64,000 nt of DNA, taken from UHGV virus genome UHGV-1370579; one strand, written 5' to 3'. Both the position numbers and the translations under genes were made by a program. The notes beneath the pieces are model-generated. The model was not told the origin of the DNA and searched no databases. It worked only from the letters and a program-made list of their open reading frames with translations. This document shows, piece by piece, positions 44,527-54,540 of this stretch. Numbering within the stretch: the first letter of the stretch is position 1; every line of letters starts with the position of its first letter. Origin of the DNA: a virus.

Positions 44527-44768
44527 GAACTTCTCCTATCTACTGGCTTATCTCCCGATTCTGACATACGAAATCTCTTCCGCGACGCCCGAGATCCATC
44601 AGACCATTCTCGCTCAAACTCCGCACGTTTCTCCGCAAACCTCCGCTCTCTTTCCGAAAGCTCTCGCGATACCCCCGCAATATATTCACGATGTTTGTTA
44701 ATAGCCCCGAGTGTTCCGAAGATTCCCGCAAGTACCCCGATAATGAAGATAGCTACAAAACTAAACAT
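44523..44768 (-). CDS. small hypothetical protein with N-terminal TM segment (81 aa)
   Basis: minus-strand ORF overlapping neighbours by 4 nt. Confidence 0.4.
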   Translation of the reverse strand: MFSFVAIFIIGVLAGIFGTLGAINKHREYIAGVSRELSERERRFAEKRAEFEREWSDGSRASRKRFRMSESGDKPVDRRSS

Positions 44769-44956
44769 TACTTGTCTCCCCGCAGCTTACGTTCTATACG
44801 AGCTAAGTGGTTATCTAAGATGCACTGCCCTATAATTACCACAACTAGTAAAGCAATAATTACTACTTCCATTATAACCACCCCGCCATAGCTGCTAACC
44901 AAAAGAGTACAAAGATAAAGAATAACACAGTCCCGAATCCGAAAGAATTTATCCAA
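44768..44956 (-). CDS. small hypothetical membrane protein (62 aa)
   Basis: minus-strand ORF. Confidence 0.35.
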   Translation of the reverse strand: MDKFFRIRDCVILYLCTLLVSSYGGVVIMEVVIIALLVVVIIGQCILDNHLARIERKLRGDK

Positions 44957-44987
44957 CTTTCATATACTTCCCCTCTTTTATTTTTAC

Positions 44988-45569
44988 TCATTTATTTAAC
45001 TCCTCCACACTAAAAACTTTGTATCCCTTAAATAACTCCTGAACTGCACGTGGTCCATGAAACTGTACACGCATCGTATTAGCCTTCTCCACCGCTAACT
45101 TTAGATCTTGGTAGGGAAAGAATCCTCCAGATATTTGATTACCTTTACTATCTTGTACTCTAACTTGCCATTTTTGTTTTAATTTATTCCAGGATACTCC
45201 TAGGTAACCAGATATACCCCAAGAAGGTCTATTACGCATATTTTCCTGCCTAGATGCATCAAATAGATTATCCCACCTATTATCATCTCTAACTCTATTA
45301 TCATGGTCCACTTCTACGGGCATATATCCTTCCATGTATAAGAAGGCCAGTCTATGCGCTCTATAAGGTAGTCTGTCAATACGAATTACTATATAGCCAT
45401 CTTTATCTCGTGTACCTGCTATACTACCTGCTTTTTTGTTTCCTCTACTTTGTAAATTTACAAATATACCGGTATTCGGGTCGTACCTTAGCACTTCTTT
45501 TAATCTTTCTTGCGTTAGCACGCTGCTTCTCCTGTAAGCCTGGTATTTGGAAGATTCTAGATATTGCAC
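44988..45569 (-). CDS. HNH_3 + AP2-domain homing endonuclease (possible GTG start at 45521)
   Basis: LTQERLKEVLRYDPNTGIF...HRLAFL...VDHDNRVRDDNRWDNL (HNH_3); GYLGVSWNKLKQKWQVRV (AP2). Confidence 0.75.
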   Translation of the reverse strand: MQYLESSKYQAYRRSSVLTQERLKEVLRYDPNTGIFVNLQSRGNKKAGSIAGTRDKDGYIVIRIDRLPYRAHRLAFLYMEGYMPVEVDHDNRVRDDNRWDNLFDASRQENMRNRPSWGISGYLGVSWNKLKQKWQVRVQDSKGNQISGGFFPYQDLKLAVEKANTMRVQFHGPRAVQELFKGYKVFSVEELNK

Positions 45570-45847
45570 GAACCATTATGACTGTCCCGATAAGATCCAT
45601 TACTTCATCGAAGCCGGATTCTTCTATTAAGAAGGATGTTCCCATCACTTCTTCTATTGTATCTTCTATGACGTCTTGAATGATTTCATCAATTGCATCA
45701 TGTATTGCTTTTTAGTCCTGGGATCTATTTCAAAGTTAACAGGTTCCTGAAAGGACTTTTCTTCATCTTACCTAGTGGTTTCTGCCAATATACCATCCAA
45801 GAAATAAAAAATTTAGTTTACTTGGATGTCTTTTTGTTTTATACTAA

Positions 45848-46114
45848 TTACAGGTAATTAGATTGCTCTAGTTTAAATTTACAATCACCATATTTAAGGT
45901 CAAACTGACTGAGATCCCACCACCCAAATTTAGTACGGAGCTGTACTACTGGAAAGCGATCTCCCTTAATACGAACTTTTTGAACCTTGAGACCGTAATG
46001 TTCTTCCCCCGCACCACCAAAAGATTTTACAAATCCCGTACAAAATGGTTTGGGAGCAGGTGCACAACCAGATAACATAACTGTGGCAACTAGTGCAATT
46101 ACAAACTTTTTCAT
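45848..46114 (-). CDS. llp: Llp-like lipoprotein (receptor-blocking superinfection-exclusion lipoprotein)
   Basis: MKKFVIALVATVMLSGC lipobox; small; divergently adjacent to the receptor-binding protein gene as in T5 (llp/oad). Confidence 0.7.
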   Translation of the reverse strand: MKKFVIALVATVMLSGCAPAPKPFCTGFVKSFGGAGEEHYGLKVQKVRIKGDRFPVVQLRTKFGWWDLSQFDLKYGDCKFKLEQSNYL

Positions 46115-46199
46115 ATTTATCTCTCCATTTCTATTTTATGAATATATTATAGCAAAATAGAGGGATGAAAGCAAATACATTTTTATAATAGGAGATTAT

Positions 46200-47957
46200 A
46201 TGGGTTTTTTCGCTGGAAAGTATAGCGATGGTAAGACCGTACTATCTTTAAATACTGAATCTGGGGGTGACATTAATCGTCACTATAGTCCAAATAATAA
46301 TAGTATTTTTCATAGTGATATGCCATTTGTTCTAGTTGATGGTACTTATGAGGCAGGATTAGGTGATGCCGGGAATGGGTTTTTCGTATGTCAGATGCCT
46401 CCTGATATAATAAATATTAAATCTAATGATCCTGGTAGAGTTATACTAACTGCTATTGAAATTAATGGTACTCACAGAGCTTTTCTTAACGGTACTCAGA
46501 GTAAAGTTGGTCAAACTATAGTTGCCACTCAGGCAGATCCCTTTAGATCTTTTGCTAGTGTTTCTCAAACCAGTGGGTTTGCATTTGGTAATAGTCTAGC
46601 ATCTGGCACTTATAATTATAATCCCTCTCTAGGGCACGAAGAATCTATTTCTAGGAGTGGTACAGGGGGTACTACGTTACATAGTACCTACCATGGTATA
46701 GTTAGGCCTGGTGCGGGAGCTCCTGTAGGGGTTACTGTTGCACAAGCTTTTGAGCAATTGGGTTTCCCTACTAATAGTAGTACAGTACCTGTAGATGGCA
46801 ATAACCCATACTATTGGGATCCTGGATGGATGTCGCCTCTAGGAGCAGCACATAGAGGGCATGATTGGTTTTATGTCTGCAATTCTAATATACGTGGATA
46901 TGGTGGGGTTAGACAAGGGCTCCCAGGTAATGTAAATACTATGTACCACGACGGCGGGAACAGATTTGTTTGTAGGGGATCTACTACTAATCTGGCCAAT
47001 CAGTCTGGCAACCCTACAGTAATACAGGATTGGTATAATATAACTCCTACTAAGGTTATTTGGTATGTTCTTAATTTAAGGTACTCTAATGGTGGAATGA
47101 GTATTTCAGGCAACCCCTTTACTGGTTCCGATATTCTTATATCTCCTTCTAACTTCATAATTAAAGGGGTGAGTCTTCCTAATACTGGATATAAATTTAT
47201 TAATCAGAATGCTTTTGGTAACCTAGGTTACCGTCCTGATATGGAGTATATAGGGAATAACGCAGCGTATACTGGGATTTTTGGTGATACCACGGCAAGA
47301 TGTGAACTTGTAGGGTCTAGTAATGGAGGATTGTGGTCTCCTGTAGATTATGGGGGAGCTAAATCACAGATTAGCATTTATAAATTTGGGGCCGGTAAAC
47401 AATGGTATGTAAACTCAAATAATAATACTATTGGTAATGAACATGGGGTTGTTTGGGGACCATCAGCAGTTCCACTTCGACTTTTTAGTGGAAATGTAGG
47501 TAGTTCTTATATGGGAGATGATATTACTCCCAGCTACCCAGGAACAGGTGATAGATACGTTGGTTTATCAACTATTGGGCTAGGTATACCAGGCGGAAAT
47601 GCTACAGTAATTCTTACTACTGAAGTTATATCAGGTAATCTTAATTGTGCGGGTGTTCCAGCTAATACATGGAATAATGGTGTGTTTCAAGTGCAAGGAA
47701 GAAGAGCATATAGCTATAGCGGCGGGGATGCAATATTCCACCAGATTTTAACGCTACCTGTGGGCTATCTAGTACCTTTTCATACTACATCTGCTTTTAG
47801 ATACACGCCTAACAATGCTCTTAGTAGAAACAGTTTTATATATACCGTTAAAAATCTAGGAAATGGAAATGTAGAGTTAGGAGTAGTTATGCACGTGAGT
47901 TTGGGCAGCGCAGTTTTCATACCGAGATTAAGAGTAACAGTTCAACGCCTTACCTAA
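46200..47957 (+). CDS. receptor-binding tail protein (pb5/Oad-like, 585 aa)
   Basis: large Gly/Asn/Ser-rich beta-type protein immediately upstream of terminase and divergent from llp (T5 synteny). Confidence 0.6.
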   Translation: MGFFAGKYSDGKTVLSLNTESGGDINRHYSPNNNSIFHSDMPFVLVDGTYEAGLGDAGNGFFVCQMPPDIINIKSNDPGRVILTAIEINGTHRAFLNGTQSKVGQTIVATQADPFRSFASVSQTSGFAFGNSLASGTYNYNPSLGHEESISRSGTGGTTLHSTYHGIVRPGAGAPVGVTVAQAFEQLGFPTNSSTVPVDGNNPYYWDPGWMSPLGAAHRGHDWFYVCNSNIRGYGGVRQGLPGNVNTMYHDGGNRFVCRGSTTNLANQSGNPTVIQDWYNITPTKVIWYVLNLRYSNGGMSISGNPFTGSDILISPSNFIIKGVSLPNTGYKFINQNAFGNLGYRPDMEYIGNNAAYTGIFGDTTARCELVGSSNGGLWSPVDYGGAKSQISIYKFGAGKQWYVNSNNNTIGNEHGVVWGPSAVPLRLFSGNVGSSYMGDDITPSYPGTGDRYVGLSTIGLGIPGGNATVILTTEVISGNLNCAGVPANTWNNGVFQVQGRRAYSYSGGDAIFHQILTLPVGYLVPFHTTSAFRYTPNNALSRNSFIYTVKNLGNGNVELGVVMHVSLGSAVFIPRLRVTVQRLT

Positions 47958-47967
47958 AGGAGGAAAT

Positions 47968-48450
47968 ATGGCAAATGATGTATTAGTACCAGATCTTATG
48001 TCCCCTGAAGGGATGGATGTAATTGAAGCTTATTTACAGTGTGGCAGCGATGTGCCTGCCGCAGCACGTAGTCTTGGAATGTCTGAAATTGCTTTCCGAG
48101 ATATTATGAATCGTAGTGAAGTTAAGAACTACTTAAATGATATTTTTATGGAGAGTGGATTCCGTAACAGAGATCGTTTATTTGGTGTTCTAGATGAAGT
48201 TATTAAACGTAAACTAGAGGAGCTAGAAGAAACTGGCATGGGTTCTGACCAGGATATTATGGATATTCTATGGAAAGCTCACAAAATGAAGATGGAAGAA
48301 ATGAAGATGATGGTAGAGTTAGAGAAAGCTAAAGCCGCCGCTCGAGCTCCTGCTAATCAGACCAATATTCAGAATAACATTATTGCTGGAGCTGGGGACC
48401 AAAACTACATGGACTTAATTACTTCCCTAGCTACTGGAGGTAAGAAGTAA
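47968..48450 (+). CDS. terminase small subunit (HTH-containing)
   Basis: 160 aa, [18 protein letters not shown]; directly upstream of and overlapping terminase large subunit. Confidence 0.6.
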   Translation: MANDVLVPDLMSPEGMDVIEAYLQCGSDVPAAARSLGMSEIAFRDIMNRSEVKNYLNDIFMESGFRNRDRLFGVLDEVIKRKLEELEETGMGSDQDIMDILWKAHKMKMEEMKMMVELEKAKAAARAPANQTNIQNNIIAGAGDQNYMDLITSLATGGKK

Positions 48451-49766
48451 TGGAAGTGTCAAGACCCTATGTTAACACAGTAGATGTTATTGATTTCGGA
48501 ATAGACAAACGTTTCTTTCGTCTACCTGTTTCCGGAATACTAGCACAAGAGGGTATCACGCCTAATGGCCCTCAAATAGCAATTATCAATGCCATAGAAG
48601 ACCCTAGACATCGTTTTGTAACGGCGTGTGTATCCCGCCGTGTAGGTAAATCTTTTATAGCGTATACACTTGGGTTCCTAAAATTGCTGGAACCTAATGT
48701 GAAGGTACTGGTAGTTGCTCCTAATTACTCACTGGCCAACATCGGTTGGTCTCAGATTCGTGGTCTTATTAAGAAGTACGGCCTACAAACCGAACGTGAA
48801 AACGCTAAAGATAAAGAGATTGAGTTAGCTAATGGTTCTCTATTTAAACTAGCTTCCGCGGCTCAGGCTGACTCCGCGGTTGGACGTTCATATGACTTTA
48901 TCATCTTTGACGAAGCGGCAATTTCCGATGTGGGTGGTGATGCCTTTAGAGTTCAGCTGCGTCCTACTCTAGATAAGCCTAATTCTAAAGCTCTATTTAT
49001 CTCTACTCCTCGTGGTGGTAACTGGTTTAAAGAGTTTTATGCCTATGGGTTTGATGATACGTTGCCTAACTGGGTATCTATTCATGGTACATATCGTGAT
49101 AACCCACGTGCTGACCTGAATGATATTGAGGAAGCACGCCGTACTGTTAGTAAAAACTACTTCCGCCAAGAATACGAGGCTGACTTCTCTGTATTCGAAG
49201 GTCAGATCTTTGATACCTTTAATGCTATCGATCATGTTAAAGACCTCAAAGGTATGCGTCACTTCTTTAAAGATGATGAAGCCTTCGAAACGTTGCTTGG
49301 TATTGACGTTGGTTATCGTGATCCTACAGCAGTTCTTACTATTAAATATCATTACGATACGGATACTTACTATGTATTAGAAGAGTACCAGCAGGCGGAG
49401 AAAACTACAGCTCAGCATGCTGCTTATATTCAGCATTGTATAGATCGTTATAAAGTTGATCGTATTTTTGTTGACTCCGCGGCAGCTCAGTTCCGCCAAG
49501 ACTTAGCTTATGAGCATGAAATTGCCTCAGCTCCAGCTAAAAAATCTGTCCTAGATGGTCTAGCATGCTTGCAAGCGCTATTCCAGCAGGGCAAGATTAT
49601 TGTAGATGCTTCATGTTCCTCATTAATCCATGCATTGCAGAACTATAAGTGGGACTTCCAAGAAGGCGAAGAGAAATTATCACGTGAAAAACCACGTCAT
49701 GATGCTAACTCTCACCTTTGTGATGCGCTGCGCTATGGAATTTACTCTATTTCCCGTGGTAAATAA
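48450..49766 (+). CDS. terminase large subunit (438 aa)
   Basis: Walker A VSRRVGKSF, Walker B FIIFDEAA, C-terminal RNaseH-like nuclease acidic residues; size as T5 TerL. Confidence 0.85.
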   Translation: MEVSRPYVNTVDVIDFGIDKRFFRLPVSGILAQEGITPNGPQIAIINAIEDPRHRFVTACVSRRVGKSFIAYTLGFLKLLEPNVKVLVVAPNYSLANIGWSQIRGLIKKYGLQTERENAKDKEIELANGSLFKLASAAQADSAVGRSYDFIIFDEAAISDVGGDAFRVQLRPTLDKPNSKALFISTPRGGNWFKEFYAYGFDDTLPNWVSIHGTYRDNPRADLNDIEEARRTVSKNYFRQEYEADFSVFEGQIFDTFNAIDHVKDLKGMRHFFKDDEAFETLLGIDVGYRDPTAVLTIKYHYDTDTYYVLEEYQQAEKTTAQHAAYIQHCIDRYKVDRIFVDSAAAQFRQDLAYEHEIASAPAKKSVLDGLACLQALFQQGKIIVDASCSSLIHALQNYKWDFQEGEEKLSREKPRHDANSHLCDALRYGIYSISRGK

Positions 49767-49936
49767 ATAAGTATAGGATGGGATACTACTCAGTTGGTAT
49801 CCCATTCCTGTATTTTAAAATCCCCTTTACAAATTCGATACGATTATGTATACTATATTCATTGATCGGGAGAAGTTCTCCCATAATAGAACGTAAACAA
49901 GAAAAATTAATGCTCTACATGAGGTGTAGGAGATTC

Positions 49937-50105
49937 TATGGGTCGACAAAAGCTAACAATAAAAGATATAAATACTAGATTAGCTGATCGTGGAATCCAA
50001 ATTGTCGGTGAATATGTAAACCAACGTACAAAAACAGTATTTAAATGCCAGAGAGCACACGTTTGGGAAGCTACACCACATTGCACCTTTACACTATATC
50101 ACTAG
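49937..50105 (+). pseudogene. N-terminal fragment of a freestanding nuclease-type gene (55 codons, then stop) in a 500-bp non-coding gap
   Basis: MGRQKLTIKDINTRLADRGIQIVGEYVNQRTKTVFKCQRAHVWEATPHC resembles N-terminal Zn module of homing endonucleases (cf. 29766-30212); no catalytic domain follows. Confidence 0.4.
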
Positions 50106-50283
50106 ATGTAGCTATTAAAGCCAAAATACTCAGAATAGGGTATGTGCCATTAAATAACTATACTAATAAAAACTACATCTATAACACAATAAGGGTCATA
50201 TATGCTATACCACATTAGATGGAATCTCAATGTTGCCCTAGAGGATATAGTAATCTTTCTAAGTAGCTTTGGATTGGAGGAGT

Positions 50284-50721
50284 ATGGCCACTAATACTAA
50301 GTACAAACGTGATGCCATTTCCATAATGAGGGATGGTATAAAATCTAGGTATAGTAAGGATGGTTGCTGTGCTATATGTGGTAGTAGTGAAGACCTAGAA
50401 CTTCATCACTATCATACTATATCTCAGCTAATAAAAAAATTTGCTAAAGAACTCCAGCTGGATTTCACTGATGAGAATATCGTCCTTTCAAATAGGGAAG
50501 CATTCTACAAGAAATATGAGCATGAGTTAGTTAGGGACGTGGTAACATTGTGCCAGCACCATCACCAACTATTACATAAGGTTTACACAAAAGAACCTCC
50601 TTTATTTTCTGCTAATAAACAGAAAGCATGGGTTCAAAAGCAGAGAGACAAATTACAGAATCCTCAAGAAAAGACACAAGTCAAGACTGAAATAAAATCA
50701 GGATTCGCAAGGTTCTTATAA
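50284..50721 (+). CDS. HNH endonuclease (zinc-finger type)
   Basis: CAICGS...LELHHY...CQHHHQLLH HNH motif; between terminase and portal; ATG 50284 with SD ggaggag. Confidence 0.7.
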   Translation: MATNTKYKRDAISIMRDGIKSRYSKDGCCAICGSSEDLELHHYHTISQLIKKFAKELQLDFTDENIVLSNREAFYKKYEHELVRDVVTLCQHHHQLLHKVYTKEPPLFSANKQKAWVQKQRDKLQNPQEKTQVKTEIKSGFARFL

Positions 50722-51938
50722 TGGGTTTAAAAAGCTGGATTACTGAAAAGTTAAATCCGGGTCAACGTATTATAAGAGACATGGAACCAGTTAGTCATCG
50801 CACTAACCGTAAGCCTTTTACCACTGGACAAGCCTACAGTAAAATTGAGATTCTCAATCGAACTGCCAATATGGTTATAGATAGTGCGGCGGAGTGTTCT
50901 TATACTGTCGGAGATAAATATAATATTGTCACGTATGCCAATGGCGTTAAGACAAAGACTCTAGACACTCTCTTAAATGTACGACCTAATCCATTCATGG
51001 ATATAAGCACATTCCGTAGACTTGTAGTCACTGACCTACTTTTTGAAGGTTGTGCGTACATCTACTGGGATGGCACATCGCTTTACCATGTCCCGGCTGC
51101 TCTTATGCAGGTCGAGGCAGATGCCAATAAGTTTATCAAAAAATTTATATTTAATAATCAGATAGACTATCGCGTAGATGAGATTATCTTTATAAAGGAT
51201 AACAGTTACGTGTGTGGCACAAATTCTCAAATTTCTGGACAATCTCGTGTTGCTACTGTTATTGATTCTCTTGAGAAGCGTTCTAAGATGCTTAACTTTA
51301 AAGAGAAATTCCTCGATAACGGAACCGTGATTGGTCTTATTCTTGAAACGGATGAAATCCTGAACAAGAAATTGCGTGAGCGTAAACAAGAAGAATTACA
51401 ACTCGATTATAATCCTAGTACGGGTCAGTCTTCTGTCCTGATTCTAGATGGTGGTATGAAAGCTAAACCGTACTCCCAAATATCCTCTTTTAAAGATCTA
51501 GACTTTAAGGAAGACATCGAAGGATTTAATAAATCTATTTGTCTAGCCTTTGGAGTTCCGCAAGTACTGCTTGATGGTGGTAATAATGCGAATATTCGAC
51601 CAAACATCGAATTGTTCTATTATATGACTATCATTCCTATGCTGAACAAACTGACTAGTTCTCTTACTTTCTTTTTTGGTTATAAGATTACCCCTAATAC
51701 TAAGGAGGTAGCTGCATTAACACCAGATAAAGAAGCTGAGGCTAAACATTTAACCTCATTGGTTAATAATGGTATTATGACTGGTAACGAAGCTCGTTTA
51801 GAGCTGAACCTTGAACCTTTAGATGACGAGCAGATGGATAGGATTCGTATTCCTGCTAACGTTGCTGGTTCTGCAACAGGTGTATCTGGTCAAGAAGGTG
51901 GTAGACCTCAAGGTTCCACCGAGGGAGATAAAGAATGA
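50721..51938 (+). CDS. portal protein (405 aa)
   Basis: size/position between terminase and protease; start overlaps HNH stop (taATGg). Confidence 0.75.
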   Translation: MGLKSWITEKLNPGQRIIRDMEPVSHRTNRKPFTTGQAYSKIEILNRTANMVIDSAAECSYTVGDKYNIVTYANGVKTKTLDTLLNVRPNPFMDISTFRRLVVTDLLFEGCAYIYWDGTSLYHVPAALMQVEADANKFIKKFIFNNQIDYRVDEIIFIKDNSYVCGTNSQISGQSRVATVIDSLEKRSKMLNFKEKFLDNGTVIGLILETDEILNKKLRERKQEELQLDYNPSTGQSSVLILDGGMKAKPYSQISSFKDLDFKEDIEGFNKSICLAFGVPQVLLDGGNNANIRPNIELFYYMTIIPMLNKLTSSLTFFFGYKITPNTKEVAALTPDKEAEAKHLTSLVNNGIMTGNEARLELNLEPLDDEQMDRIRIPANVAGSATGVSGQEGGRPQGSTEGDKE

Positions 51939-52423
51939 TTGATTATAATGGTCTAAAGACCATTTTTGGTGAAAAACTGCCAGAATCTCATATCTTCTTT
52001 GCTACGGTTGCTGCGCATAAATATGTTCCTAGCTATGCTTTTCTGCGTAGAGAACTAGGGCTTTCATCTGCGCATACTAACCGTAAAGTATGGAAGAAAT
52101 TTGTAGAGGCTTACGGTAAAGCAGGTCCAGTAGATGTTGTTCCTGGAGCCCCTACGTTGAAGGTAACTCCTGGTGAAAATTCAGTAACTTATACAATTAC
52201 TGATGGTACAAATACCGGCTCACCAATCACTCAGTATAAAGTATACTATACTGATGGGGTTACTGCGAAAACCTATAATTCTGGGTCCTCTAAAACAGGT
52301 ACTATTTCTACCTTAGAGGCAAAAGAGTATACTTTTCAGGCAGTAGCTGTTAATGGGGCGGGAGAATCTCCTAAGTCTACAGCAGTAAAAGCTACCCCAA
52401 CTGCACCTGGTGTTGGAGGCTAA
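51935..52423 (+). CDS. head decoration protein with C-terminal FN3/Ig-like domain (pb10-like)
   Basis: 162 aa; C-terminal PGAPTLKVTPGENSVTYTITDG...YKVYYTDG...YTFQAVAVNGAGES fibronectin-III-like. Confidence 0.6.
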   Translation: MIDYNGLKTIFGEKLPESHIFFATVAAHKYVPSYAFLRRELGLSSAHTNRKVWKKFVEAYGKAGPVDVVPGAPTLKVTPGENSVTYTITDGTNTGSPITQYKVYYTDGVTAKTYNSGSSKTGTISTLEAKEYTFQAVAVNGAGESPKSTAVKATPTAPGVGG

Positions 52424-52426
52424 TAA

Positions 52427-53059
52427 ATGACACAAGCTGCTATTGACTATAACAAGTTAAAATCAGCACCGGTTCATTTAGATGCTTATATTAAATCTAT
52501 TGATAGCGAATCCAAAGAGGGTGTTGTAAAAATCCGTGGATTCGCTAATACAATTAGTAAAGATCGCGCTGGTGATATAATTCCTGCTTCTGCGTGGAAA
52601 ACATATAATGCACTTACTAACTACATGAAAAACCCGATTATTCTTTTCGGACACGATCATCGTCGTCCAATCGGTAAGTGTATTGATCTTAACCCTACTG
52701 AAATGGGTCTCGAAATCGAATGTGAGATCTATGAAAGTTCCGATCCGGCTATCTTTTCACTAATTAAAAACGGTGTACTGAAAACTTTTAGTATCGGATT
52801 CCGCTGCCTAGATGCAGAGTGGGATGAAGCTACTGATATATTTATTATTAAAGATTTAGAACTATACGAAGTCTCGGTAGTTTCTGTACCTTGTAATCAG
52901 GACTCAACATTCAATCTCGCTAAGAGCATGAATGGTCATGATTATACTGAATGGCGTAAATCTTTTACTGCAATAAGTTCTAAAGCTGTCCCAGCTCAAG
53001 AACGTAATCTTTCTGAACTAGAAAAACTTGCGATAGCTTTAGGCTACGTTAAAGAATAA
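52427..53059 (+). CDS. prohead maturation protease (210 aa)
   Basis: position immediately upstream of major capsid gene; 210 aa as T5 pb11. Confidence 0.65.
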   Translation: MTQAAIDYNKLKSAPVHLDAYIKSIDSESKEGVVKIRGFANTISKDRAGDIIPASAWKTYNALTNYMKNPIILFGHDHRRPIGKCIDLNPTEMGLEIECEIYESSDPAIFSLIKNGVLKTFSIGFRCLDAEWDEATDIFIIKDLELYEVSVVSVPCNQDSTFNLAKSMNGHDYTEWRKSFTAISSKAVPAQERNLSELEKLAIALGYVKE

Positions 53060-53076
53060 CGGAGAATTATTTAAAA

Positions 53077-54453
53077 ATGACTATTGATATTAATAAGCTG
53101 AAAGAAGAACTTGGTCTGGGTGATCTGGCTAAATCTCTGGAAGGTCTGACCGCTGCTCAGAAAGCTCAGGAAGCTGAACGTATGCGTAAAGAGCAGGAAG
53201 AAAAAGAACTGGCTCGTATGAATGACCTGGTTTCTAAAGCTGTTGGTGAAGACCGTAAGCGTCTGGAAGAGGCTCTGGATCTAGTTAAGTCTCTGGATGA
53301 AAAATCTAAGAAGAGTGCAGAACTGTTTGCGCAAACTGTAGAAAAACAACAGGAAACTATTGTTGGTCTTCAGGACGAAATTAAATCTCTGCTAACAGCT
53401 CGTGAAGGTCGTTCCTTCGTTGGTGATAGTGTTGCTAAAGCACTGTATGGTACTCAGGAAAACTTTGAAGACGAAGTAGAAAAACTGGTTCTGTTGTCTT
53501 ACGTAATGGAAAAAGGTGTATTCGAAACCGAACACGGTCAAAAACACCTGAAAGCAGTGAATCAGTCTTCTTCTGTAGAAGTTTCTAGTGAAAGCTATGA
53601 AACTATTTTCTCTCAGCGTATTATCCGTGACCTGCAGAAAGAGCTGGTAGTTGGCGCATTATTTGAAGAACTGCCGATGTCCAGTAAGATTCTTACTATG
53701 CTGGTTGAACCGGATGCTGGTAAAGCTACTTGGGTAGATGCTAGCGCATATGGTACTGACAATACTACTGGTAATGAAGTTAAAGGTGCTCTGACTGAAA
53801 TTCAGTTCAAAACCTATAAACTGGCTGCTAAGTCCTTCATTACTGATGAAACTGAAGAAGATGCAATCTTCTCCCTGTTACCACTGCTGCGTAAGCGTCT
53901 GATTGAAGCACACGCTGTTTCTATCGAAGAAGCGTTTATGACTGGTGACGGTACTGGTAAACCTAAGGGTCTGCTGAAACTGGCTGAAGGCGATAGTGCT
54001 AAAGTTATTACTGAAGCTAAAGCTGATGGTTCTGTTCTAGTAACTGCTAAAACTATCTCTAAACTGCGTCGTAAACTGGGCCGTCATGGTCTGAAACTGA
54101 GCAAACTGGTACTGATCGTATCTATGGATGCTTATTACGATCTGCTGGAAGATGAAGAATGGCAGGATGTTGCCCAAGTTGGTAATGATGCTGTTAAACT
54201 GCAAGGTCAGGTTGGTCGTATTTACGGTCTGCCGGTTGTAGTTTCTGAGTTCTTCCCGGCTAAAGCTAACTCCGCAGAGTTCGCAGTTATTGTTTACAAA
54301 GATAACTTCGTAATGCCACGTCAGCGTGCTGTTACTGTTGAACGTGAGCGCCAAGCTGGTAAACAGCGTGATGCGTACTACGTTACTCAGCGTGTTAACC
54401 TGCAACGTTACTTTAATAATGGCGTTGTATCTGGTGCTTACGCTTCCGTTTAA
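53077..54453 (+). CDS. major capsid protein precursor (HK97-fold, 458 aa with N-terminal scaffolding delta-domain)
   Basis: coiled-coil Glu/Lys-rich N-terminal about 150 aa, then capsid core; size identical to T5 pb8 precursor; high-expression codon usage. Confidence 0.85.
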   Translation: MTIDINKLKEELGLGDLAKSLEGLTAAQKAQEAERMRKEQEEKELARMNDLVSKAVGEDRKRLEEALDLVKSLDEKSKKSAELFAQTVEKQQETIVGLQDEIKSLLTAREGRSFVGDSVAKALYGTQENFEDEVEKLVLLSYVMEKGVFETEHGQKHLKAVNQSSSVEVSSESYETIFSQRIIRDLQKELVVGALFEELPMSSKILTMLVEPDAGKATWVDASAYGTDNTTGNEVKGALTEIQFKTYKLAAKSFITDETEEDAIFSLLPLLRKRLIEAHAVSIEEAFMTGDGTGKPKGLLKLAEGDSAKVITEAKADGSVLVTAKTISKLRRKLGRHGLKLSKLVLIVSMDAYYDLLEDEEWQDVAQVGNDAVKLQGQVGRIYGLPVVVSEFFPAKANSAEFAVIVYKDNFVMPRQRAVTVERERQAGKQRDAYYVTQRVNLQRYFNNGVVSGAYASV

Positions 54454-54480
54454 TAATAAAATACACCTCTTATAAGAGGT

Positions 54481-54518
54481 GTATACAATAGCTATTATAT
54501 TTAGTAGCTATTGTATAC
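54481..54518. repeat. 14-bp perfect inverted repeat (GTATACAATAGCTA / TAGCTATTGTATAC) with 10-bp spacer, immediately upstream of inserted T5orf172-like gene
   Basis: arms 54481-54494 and 54505-54518. Confidence 0.75.
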
Positions 54519-54540
54519 TAATATTAAGGGTATAACACTA

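Noticed and set aside
45410-45679. Plus-strand ORF overlapping the HNH-AP2 gene 44988-45569
   Set aside because: It is the antisense frame of a domain-supported gene and has no SD.
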